The position numbers and the translations under genes are program-made. Under the pieces are notes generated by a model. The model saw only the letters and a list, made by a program, of their open reading frames with translations, had not been told where the DNA came from and searched no databases. A DNA stretch of 64,000 bases from Wickerhamiella versatilis. Lineage: Eukaryota. Where the stretch lies: assembly GCA_030867685.1 (NCBI GenBank), contig JAQOWU010000008.1, forward strand, positions 1,550,001 to 1,614,000, written 5' to 3'. Shown in pieces: positions 56,313-64,000 of this stretch. The first letter of the stretch is position 1. Each line of letters starts with the position of its first letter.

Positions 56313-57335
56313 ATGGAAGAAAGACTGGAGACATTTTTTGGCGCATTGATAGCTGGGGCTAATCCCAGGCTCCGGGCGCGTACCCGCAAGCGTGACTGGC
56401 CGCACTCGCGGTCCAGTGCGCGCAGTGTGGCTCTGGCCGGGTTTGTTTATCGACCAACTAACAAGGAACCTGATCGTACAGAATGTGTGGATTGTGGTTC
56501 CTTCTGTAGCGACTGGAAAGCGGCCAAGCTTCGCAATCCTGCAGAACGTCATCTTGAGCTTGATCCAAATTGCGCGCGGTACCCGAAGACCCAAGGAGAA
56601 ATCTCGAGAAAAAGCAGTATTGACGCGCCTCAGTCGGTGGAGGATGAAAGAAAAGCGACAAAAACTAAGGAATCTCCGCCTGCTAGGGGTAGGACTGTCT
56701 TACCTCCGGACATCATAGACCATGTTAAGGATCAGTTGGCAAAGAGTACTAACAAGCCAGCACTTGCTCTTAGGTTCCTGGAACAAATGTTAAGTGGCAT
56801 TGGAAACCAAGCAAATGTATTATTGAGCATTATTTCAAGTGATTCCCAAAAGGATCATGCTTCAGATGTGAATGCGGGTATCCATCCTGAAGATGAGAAC
56901 GATAATTCGACATCTAGGCAACGGGATGGCTCAGGGCCTATGATGACGGGTAGTCCATCACCTAGAAATAGCAAGAGAAAATTGTCGATGCATCTTAGCC
57001 TTGGACGTCCAAAAAGCCAAAGTGGAGGCCCTGCTGAGGTCGGACTAAGTCCTTCACCCGGTGCTGCTGCTTGCAAATTGAATGCAAGCCCCTTGTTGCG
57101 TCCGCCAACGCATGTTTCACATGCCCGTCCATCTTCAATGCTTTTTCGGATCTCGAGCTCTCCTTCAAAGCTTCCGAGTCCCATATGTGCACCTATGAAA
57201 CTCAGTCCACCGGGCCTCAGCCCACCGCCAAAGCTCTGTTCGCCGCTATGTAGCCCCTTGGCCTCGCCATTAAAGTTGACTTGTGAAGACAATCGACGTG
57301 ATAGTTTTTTCCACTCAAATGGGTCCGAATCTTAG
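56313..57335 (+). CDS. BIR1: Bir1/survivin, N-terminal part (single BIR domain plus SP-rich region)
   Basis: RLETF...WPH...AGF...CVDC...W...H...C zinc-binding BIR pattern. ATG at 56313. Confidence 0.8.
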   Translation: MEERLETFFGALIAGANPRLRARTRKRDWPHSRSSARSVALAGFVYRPTNKEPDRTECVDCGSFCSDWKAAKLRNPAERHLELDPNCARYPKTQGEISRKSSIDAPQSVEDERKATKTKESPPARGRTVLPPDIIDHVKDQLAKSTNKPALALRFLEQMLSGIGNQANVLLSIISSDSQKDHASDVNAGIHPEDENDNSTSRQRDGSGPMMTGSPSPRNSKRKLSMHLSLGRPKSQSGGPAEVGLSPSPGAAACKLNASPLLRPPTHVSHARPSSMLFRISSSPSKLPSPICAPMKLSPPGLSPPPKLCSPLCSPLASPLKLTCEDNRRDSFFHSNGSES

Positions 57336-57555
57336 CTATTTTCATTTCCAAAGTGCAATGAGGAACCTCGGTATAGCCATGGATGATCAATTTGATGCTC
57401 TTTTGAGTGCGATATCACCCTATTTGAACATATTCGAATTCTATAATACGGTGGAGGACTACTTGATCAACCATATCGATAGTGTAACGGAATTGGGCAT
57501 TTGTGCAATCGAGACCGAGGCACGACAAGTACTGGAGACGGTTAAGGCCGTCTAG
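57319..57555 (+). CDS. Probable Bir1 C-terminal CPC-binding helix, in the +1 frame
   Basis: TVEDYL...IETEARQVLETVKAV resembles the conserved fungal Bir1 C-terminus; overlaps the end of the upstream ORF. Confidence 0.55.
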   Translation: MGPNLSYFHFQSAMRNLGIAMDDQFDALLSAISPYLNIFEFYNTVEDYLINHIDSVTELGICAIETEARQVLETVKAV

Positions 57556-57702
57556 GGTGTACTGGGAAACATATTGATCCAAGGTCCCTTAGCGTGATTC
57601 CAGTTGTCATATTAATGATAATTACATAGCATTAAACCTATTTGTATGCCAGAAATGATGTTTCTTGTAACTGTCCTTTTACGTGAACCCTTGCCTTGAC
57701 CC

Positions 57703-58290
57703 ATGGATGTTAAAGCTCACTGGGTGCCAGTGGCATATGTGTCTTCGCTGGGGGCATCATATGCTTGTGCGGTGGCATTGTCTCGGTTTTCTAAATGGCA
57801 TCCAGGTACTTTGACGTCGGAATATCCAATGAGATCTATGATTCAATTAGGAGCCGCTCTTTCAACCAGCGCGCAGTTACTTTCGATTTTTCTATGGTTT
57901 TTGTCAACAGGATCAACCAATGTACTCTTTGTGGGTATTCTACGCTTTTCTGCGTGGCTTGGTGCTCAATTTATCACCAGGATAGATAGTCCGCTGCATG
58001 GGACCTTGTCGCTGGCCGAGGGGGTTTTAATTGCGATTTGGATGCTGGTTGTAATGAGAGAAGCCCCTAGCAAGTGGAGAAAACGGATATTTTGCCTCTA
58101 TACTTTTAATTTAATACTGGGATTTCACCTCTTGGCAAAATATCTGAATGAGGGGAGTAACTATACAATATTGGTGGCCACGCGTTGCACAAACTTACTC
58201 TTCAGTCTTCTATATGACGCGCTTGCAGCCACTGAATTTAATAGCATCACTATTTCTATAGAGTCCGCTACCGATTATTCAAAGGTCTAA
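57703..58290 (+). CDS. Stand-alone PGAP2/Frag1-like membrane protein (Cwh43 N-terminal domain), divergent
   Basis: YPMRSMIQL, VGILRF...FIT..D..LH and YDALAATEF line up by eye with the Cwh43 N-terminal domain. Confidence 0.6.
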   Translation: MDVKAHWVPVAYVSSLGASYACAVALSRFSKWHPGTLTSEYPMRSMIQLGAALSTSAQLLSIFLWFLSTGSTNVLFVGILRFSAWLGAQFITRIDSPLHGTLSLAEGVLIAIWMLVVMREAPSKWRKRIFCLYTFNLILGFHLLAKYLNEGSNYTILVATRCTNLLFSLLYDALAATEFNSITISIESATDYSKV

Positions 58291-58304
58291 ATAAATATAC
58301 ATCC

Positions 58305-59102
58305 CTAACGCATTAAGATCTCCTTCAAGCTTTGAGGGTCTGCCGTTGCGCGACGCTTCATAGCAATGTATTTCCTACGTGTCGCTTGTATACCGCGACT
58401 CTCTTCTTTCCGCCTCTCCTCAGCCTCATTCTGAGAAGCGTCACTAGATTCCTGCGGAGTTACTTCCTTTTCTTTTTTCGTTTCTTTTTCCTTCTTATTC
58501 TCTGCCTTCTTCAATTTCTCCTCCTCTTTCTTTGAGCGTTTCTCTTTTTTGTCTTCCTTGGTTTTTAGCCTTTTCTTACGCTCACTGTTCGAATCTTTCG
58601 ATACCTTGGACCTCTTGCGGCTTGACGAAGAATCATCCTTATCCTTCTCCTTAGATTTTGACTTTGATTTCGATTTCGATTTCGACTCTGACTCTGATTT
58701 TTTAGCTTTGTCTGAAATAAACTGCTCAATTGTTCCCTCCAAAACTCCGCCAGGAACGAAATTGAGATGCAAACCGACCTGCCTCCGCTTACGCTCCAAT
58801 AATTGGTTGTCGACCTTCTCTTCCTCTCCATTCAGTCTACCAAGTAGTCTCTGGAAGTCATCCAGCCCAGTCGGCAAATCCTGTCCTCCAGAAAAACCTA
58901 GTCCTTTACCTTCAGGCCTAGTTTTTACTTTGACATGTGTTGTGATGCCCTCCACGGATGAGCCTAGGCCCCTACCAGGCTTCCATCCCTGCCTGAGCAT
59001 ATATTGGTGCCCAAATCGAGAAGTATCATTTGCCCAAGCTGTATTTCTTGGATCGTGGCCTATGCGGGCCTTACGATCATTACTAGCCAGGGAAAGCCCC
59101 AT
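58305..59102 (-). CDS. PXR1: G-patch ribosome biogenesis protein Pxr1/PinX1
   Basis: DPRNTAWANDTSRFG, G-patch GWKPGRGLG, FQRLLGRLN, KKE-rich tail. Confidence 0.92.
   Translation of the reverse strand: MGLSLASNDRKARIGHDPRNTAWANDTSRFGHQYMLRQGWKPGRGLGSSVEGITTHVKVKTRPEGKGLGFSGGQDLPTGLDDFQRLLGRLNGEEEKVDNQLLERKRRQVGLHLNFVPGGVLEGTIEQFISDKAKKSESESKSKSKSKSKSKEKDKDDSSSSRKRSKVSKDSNSERKKRLKTKEDKKEKRSKKEEEKLKKAENKKEKETKKEKEVTPQESSDASQNEAEERRKEESRGIQATRRKYIAMKRRATADPQSLKEILMR
58654..58701. repeat. 6-nt tandem repeat encoding an (SE/SK)n tract in Pxr1
   Basis: gatttt/gacttt/gatttc/gactct units, 8 copies. Confidence 0.8.
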
Positions 59103-59339
59103 CAATGACTCGTCGCTAGAGGGAAAAAAATTATATAATACAGTTTATATTGTTCAACTCAGATGAACAGGATAACATTGTGCAACTTTGCAGCTAGTTT
59201 AGTCCAGATTTTAAGATTCTATTACACTGCAACTCTTTTTAATGCTTTATAGTTTAGAGCACAGACACCCAAGTAAATAGCAAGTGGCTTTACAGGTATT
59301 GCAATATTGTGAGACTATCGCTGAAAAACAACAGCCCAA

Positions 59340-60740
59340 TTAGAAGTTGAAATGGAAGTTTCCACCGCCTCCGCCACCACCAAATTGATGTGCAAACTGC
59401 TGGAAGATCGCATCGGCTGGGAACCCACCTTGGAAGCCCCCACCCTGGTGAAAGCCACCACCTTGTCCTCCGCGAGAGTGACCACTACGTCTCTGGTCAT
59501 CATAGTCCTTTCGTCGCTCCGCATTACCGAGGGTTTCATACGCTTCATTGATGTCCTGCATTTTAGCCATCACCTCATCCTCTGATAGGTCTGACCCGCG
59601 ATACTTATCAGGGTGATATTTCCGGCTCAATTCACGGTAGGCTTTGCGGATTTCGCGCTGATCCGCGGATTGTTCCACGCCAAGGACCTTATATAGGTCT
59701 TTTTGAGGTGCACCTTGTCTCGGGGAGTACATCTCAGCCTGACACTCTTCGTAGAGTTCACGGACTTGCGGATCATTAGTACTTCTCAAGAGCTTTTGAG
59801 CAAGCTGCATGGCAGCCCTTAGGTTGCCCGAATTCTTCTCGAGGCGAGCCTGCACCAGCAAAGCTGGCAGAAATTCCGGGTCTCGATCACGCACTTGTGC
59901 ACATATTTTAGCAGCTCTATCCCAATCTGATTTTCGTGCCAACTTCTCACAGCGGTCATGTCTCACTCCATCCAGAAGGTCACTTGCGAGTTCACCCTCG
60001 TCAGGATCCATCCCTACTGACTGCGCTGCCTCCCGTACCAGCTGCACCAGTTTTTTATACGGGGTTTTGCGTATATCTATTTTACGCAATGTCTTCGATG
60101 CGGCCGCGGCCTCCTTGGCTCCCTCAGGGTCCCGGGTAATGCATTTTCTCAAGAGGGCCAGTGCTGCTTTTTGTTGATTGAGGACCAGGAACTGAACCTT
60201 GGCAACATTTGCACACGTTTCCTCATCACTTGGATCTAGTGATACTACCTGCGTCAAATCATTCACGGCCTCAATAGCCAGGTTACGCTGCAGGCGACAG
60301 TGGGCCCGTATCTTTAGAGCTTGGGCACTCTTAGGGGCAAGTTTCAGCGCCTCACTAGCTTCATAAATACAATCGTCTTCTGATGTGCGGGCCACGCTGA
60401 TATGCTGGTCGTACTCGTGAAGTTCAGATGCGACCTCTGCACATCGGGGGTCGGTACAATTCTCAATAACCTCCCTGGCTTTAACACCATGACCGAGTCG
60501 GAACTGCACCGCTGCAAGATGATACTGAGCTGGTGCAAAGTTAGGATCGAGAGCTAGCACCCGTCCCAATTCAGCGACTGCTAGTTGATCCTTGCCACTG
60601 GCAAGGTGAAGAGTGGCACGTTTGTACACAGCAGCAGGATCCTTGGGATCTACCACATCATTATTGGGTCCACCCGACAGCACAGCTCCAAAGAAGTTGA
60701 AAGCTACGAGCCATGCCAAACTCGAGGCACATTTCACCAT
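59340..60740 (-). CDS. JEM1: ER TPR + J-domain co-chaperone (Jem1/DNAJC3)
   Basis: Signal peptide, TPRs, J domain with HPDK, G/F-rich tail ending NFHFNF. Confidence 0.85.
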   Translation of the reverse strand: MVKCASSLAWLVAFNFFGAVLSGGPNNDVVDPKDPAAVYKRATLHLASGKDQLAVAELGRVLALDPNFAPAQYHLAAVQFRLGHGVKAREVIENCTDPRCAEVASELHEYDQHISVARTSEDDCIYEASEALKLAPKSAQALKIRAHCRLQRNLAIEAVNDLTQVVSLDPSDEETCANVAKVQFLVLNQQKAALALLRKCITRDPEGAKEAAAASKTLRKIDIRKTPYKKLVQLVREAAQSVGMDPDEGELASDLLDGVRHDRCEKLARKSDWDRAAKICAQVRDRDPEFLPALLVQARLEKNSGNLRAAMQLAQKLLRSTNDPQVRELYEECQAEMYSPRQGAPQKDLYKVLGVEQSADQREIRKAYRELSRKYHPDKYRGSDLSEDEVMAKMQDINEAYETLGNAERRKDYDDQRRSGHSRGGQGGGFHQGGGFQGGFPADAIFQQFAHQFGGGGGGGNFHFNF

Positions 60741-61305
60741 TGCTGGCGTTAAGTGTCAGAGGTTAGGGTGGGGTACCAGAGTCCTATGAGGGATCATTAG
60801 AAGATTCCAGCTAATGTGGAGATGAATGTGGCTATTTTGGAAAGCCATGAGAAATGAACAATAAAGCGACGTATAATACACTCTCTTTAGACTCTTTGTA
60901 GATTATATCACACACATCCAACCATTCTCAGGTAGTGAAGTGGCAGTCGTCAATCATGCAATTCCTTATCCGGTCATACAGACCACTCAATATGCATACC
61001 TAGGAATTCGCTTTACATAGTGACATGAGGAATTTGTTTCTACTATATCTATATTGGCAATGAATAATTTAATCTGACAAGGAAGATAATTACAGCAGGA
61101 TTGGCCGGATATCGAGCAGCCTGAGTTGTCACTACCTGAGGATTACAGCAGTATATTCGAGCACCAGTTAAGGCACATCTAATTCTTTTATGTAACAAAT
61201 TGTAGCTAACCGTCGATGCCATCTTGCATTGCCACCATCAAGCTGCTCCAAGTCACAAAGGGTAAGGGCTCATTCCTACATTCGAAAGTGAAGCGACGGC
61301 TGTCA

Positions 61306-63243
61306 ATGGAACTAGAAGAGGCGCATAAGCATCGGCGAGTACCGTCGGAGCTTATACGGCTCATAGTAGGGGCTCTTAGATTTCTTGGGTACAAAGATGT
61401 TGCGAACAGGTTATCTGATGCCGAAGGTACCGATAGTGACCCTCCCGAAGTTGCAGCACTACGGTCATCTATCGAGAATGGCGATTGGGAAACTGCTGTG
61501 AGGATATTGCCACAGCTTCAATTCAATTCTGAGAATGACTCTATGGCTGCCAGGCTAATACTCGATCGTCAGCGGGTTACCGAGCTGGTAGTGGCTGGGA
61601 AGGCTACTGCGGCCGTACAGTATTTGAGGGAATCTTCACCGCTCAATTCAGATATGATTGCTGAATTGTGTGTATTGGCAGTGCGAGGCCCTGACTCTGA
61701 GAAAGTAGAGTCAAGGTCAGAGGCCGCGGCAGAGATTATCGCCCGACTTGCTCCGGGGGTATGTATCCGCTCTGATGAATTTCTAAACGCAATACGTGAG
61801 CAACAAGCATTTTATCGGTATAATGCAGAACTGAAGGGATGTAGCGCAGGAGATTTCCCAGATACCAAGGTCTACATCACAAGAGCCTTAATTGATCTAG
61901 GATACTTGGAGTTCGTCGACGAAATATACGATGGACCGTTATTTAATGACGGTGAAGCTAAACTTCGCCGGCTCTGTGACGAAGCAAAGTTTAGGGATGC
62001 AGCGATTGTCGAATTCGAACAACAGAAAACTGTTTCACCCGAGCTTTTGGCGGCCCACAAGAATCCAATTGAGGCCTTATCCACTTTACGATTATTGCCG
62101 GTCAGCACCCCAGAACTGGTTGTGGCTGCATTGAAGGCACCGCATCCGTTTTCGTGGAGAAGCATAGATAACTCAAAGATCTCGTGCGAAAGCGTACTTG
62201 CAAATGCCACTAAATGGCGGATAGCAACAGATAGGTATTGGTGCAGAGATGATCCAGCTGGAGTTGCAGATCAAGAAGCTCACTTGCCCCGTATACCAGC
62301 ATCCCCCCAAAGTTTCCCACAGCATCCTAAGGAACATCTGCGATTTTCCAGTGCGGTTTGGGTGGTGGAATTCTCCAAGTGTGGTAACTATTTAGCGATT
62401 GGTTGCGAATCAGGCTCGATATATGTATTTCGACTTTTGGAGAACGAGGTTGTTGCCGAAAGCGAACAGAGGGGGCTTCATCTTGAAGGGGTTACATCAA
62501 TGGCCTGGAGCCCATGTGAGCCAATATTACTTAGTGGTGGGTTGGATAGCTACATAAATGTTTACGATGTGCGTCTAGGGCGGAAGCTTCTGAACCAGCG
62601 CGATGACTTTGATGAGGGTATAGGCGCGGTGGCTTGGACGCCTGATGGTAAGCATTTTTTTGCGGGGGCATTCAATGGCCGCTTGGCTATGTACGACTTG
62701 ACGGGAGCGAGAGTTTGGAGTTATGATGGTGTGCGTGTCCGCTCGCTATGTGTGTCAAATGGTGGTACAAGGTTAGTTGTTCTTAGTGCTCACGAGCCAC
62801 ATCAGCAGCGACTGCTAGTGTTTGACATTAAAGAGTGGCGTTTCATAGAGGAAAGACGGGTGGCATCCCATTTAGCATCTCTGGACGTTACTGAGAGCGA
62901 TTACTCCACTTACTGCGCTGTTGGTCGAAACGTTGTTTATGTGGGAAATTTCAAAGCTTTTGGGCCGTTGCTTCGTTTAAAGGGTCCAAAGCAGCGCAAA
63001 TGTACCATAAAGGCTCGTTTTTATGGCCCTATGGATAAATATGTTGCTGTGGGTAGTGAAGAAAGTACCCATGATCCTGCAGCCTGGATATTTAACCGCT
63101 ATACCGGTGAGCTCACAGCGAAGCTTGAAGGTCACACGAATATGGTTAATAGTATTGCATGGTGTCCCAATCGCCTTTTGATCGCCACGGGATCAGATGA
63201 TGAAACAGTCATATTGTGGGGGGCTGCAGATGTAGCCTCCTGA
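61306..63243 (+). CDS. LisH-CTLH-WD40 protein (Gid7/WDR26-like)
   Basis: ELIRLIVGALRFLGY (LisH), LRSSIENGDWE (CTLH), C-terminal WD40 repeats (LEGHTNMVNSIAW). Probable ATG at 61306. Confidence 0.78.
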   Translation: MELEEAHKHRRVPSELIRLIVGALRFLGYKDVANRLSDAEGTDSDPPEVAALRSSIENGDWETAVRILPQLQFNSENDSMAARLILDRQRVTELVVAGKATAAVQYLRESSPLNSDMIAELCVLAVRGPDSEKVESRSEAAAEIIARLAPGVCIRSDEFLNAIREQQAFYRYNAELKGCSAGDFPDTKVYITRALIDLGYLEFVDEIYDGPLFNDGEAKLRRLCDEAKFRDAAIVEFEQQKTVSPELLAAHKNPIEALSTLRLLPVSTPELVVAALKAPHPFSWRSIDNSKISCESVLANATKWRIATDRYWCRDDPAGVADQEAHLPRIPASPQSFPQHPKEHLRFSSAVWVVEFSKCGNYLAIGCESGSIYVFRLLENEVVAESEQRGLHLEGVTSMAWSPCEPILLSGGLDSYINVYDVRLGRKLLNQRDDFDEGIGAVAWTPDGKHFFAGAFNGRLAMYDLTGARVWSYDGVRVRSLCVSNGGTRLVVLSAHEPHQQRLLVFDIKEWRFIEERRVASHLASLDVTESDYSTYCAVGRNVVYVGNFKAFGPLLRLKGPKQRKCTIKARFYGPMDKYVAVGSEESTHDPAAWIFNRYTGELTAKLEGHTNMVNSIAWCPNRLLIATGSDDETVILWGAADVAS

Positions 63244-63346
63244 TAAATATTTAAATTAAGAATCCAGAACCAAACGCTAAGTACTATAATTATTGTAATA
63301 CTCAATCACCAATCTCTTTAACCATAATTAGGGCTCATGTTCATAC

Positions 63347-63353
63347 ATGACTC
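63347..63353 (+). promoter_or_regulatory. Gcn4-like site ATGACTC upstream of SNZ1
   Basis: ~90 nt upstream of the ATG; SNZ1 is a Gcn4 target in S. cerevisiae. Confidence 0.35.
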
Positions 63354-63441
63354 GGGTATATGCAATATTTACCCGGGTTTCCGGGAATGATGCATAGATA
63401 TTTAAGGTCCTCCCCGGTGTATCAATGAGGGGTCAATTAAA

Positions 63442-64000
63442 ATGTCGGACTTCAAGATTAAAAGTGGACTTGCACAGATGCTTAAAGGTGGAGTGATAAT
63501 GGATGTGGTCACTCCCGAGCAGGCAGAGATTGCGGAAAAGGCGGGAGCCAGTGCAGTGATGGCATTGGAACAAATTCCAGCGGAAATGAGAGCATCGGGA
63601 AGAGTATGCCGGATGTCCGACCCGCGAATGATAAAGTCTATCATGGAAGCCGTTAGTATTCCTGTAATGGCCAAAGTTCGTATTGGTCACACTGTGGAAG
63701 CCCAAGTGCTAGAGGTTCTGGATGTTGACTACATAGATGAAAGTGAAGTGTTGACACCAGCAAACCGTCAACATCATATCCAGAAGTCTAACTTCAAGGT
63801 ACCATTTGTATGTGGTGCCAAAGATCTCGGAGAAGCCCTGCGAAGAATAAACGAGGGCGCTGCCATGATTCGGACAAAGGGTGAGGCCGGTACAGGGGAT
63901 GTATCGGAAGCAGTTAAACACATATCAAAGATCAGGGGAGAAATCCAGGAATTCGCAAAGCTCGGAAAGAATGAAAGAGCCGAGATTGCCCATGCAATGC
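63442..64000 (+). CDS. SNZ1: Pyridoxal 5'-phosphate synthase subunit Pdx1/Snz (3'-truncated by window end; absent from the ORF track)
   Basis: Manual translation: [22 protein letters not shown]...MAKVRIGH...[13 protein letters not shown]. Confidence 0.97.
   Translation, partial: MSDFKIKSGLAQMLKGGVIMDVVTPEQAEIAEKAGASAVMALEQIPAEMRASGRVCRMSDPRMIKSIMEAVSIPVMAKVRIGHTVEAQVLEVLDVDYIDESEVLTPANRQHHIQKSNFKVPFVCGAKDLGEALRRINEGAAMIRTKGEAGTGDVSEAVKHISKIRGEIQEFAKLGKNERAEIAHAM

Noticed and set aside
61089-61163. Short direct repeat ATTACAGCAG...TCGAGCA upstream of the Gid7-like gene
   Set aside because: Two imperfect copies only; no evidence of an element or array.

Overview
Eukaryotic DNA from a very compact, intron-poor budding-yeast genome read with the standard code; the gene density and content suggest a Dipodascales/Wickerhamiella-Starmerella-type yeast, which is inference only. 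The window holds about 45 tightly packed genes, mostly housekeeping (ACO1, RPS24, HAT2, MET10, class I chitin synthase, SEC6, DFR1, ATP2, SND1, PRP38, CCT2, SSD1, NOT4, complex I 30-kDa subunit, END3, ARF1, RPL35, CenH3, VMA1, PP2A catalytic subunit, PXR1, JEM1, SNZ1). I found no rRNA, tRNA, transposon or CRISPR. The notable observations are: (1) two possible recoding or split-gene cases, a BIR1/survivin gene whose C-terminal helix lies in the +1 frame and a NOT4 gene with an in-frame U_UUU_UUA heptamer leading into an open -1 frame ORF; (2) a bacterial-looking 2OG-Fe(II) oxygenase that is a horizontal-transfer candidate; (3) an Ime2-family pseudokinase beside a very short, divergent CenH3; (4) degenerate methyl-arginine cages in both Tudor proteins; (5) an ARF1 start codon split by an intron; (6) Tbf1-type palindromes at both ribosomal protein genes and a Cbf1+RYAAT element at MET10. 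All family assignments come from motif recognition, not database searches.
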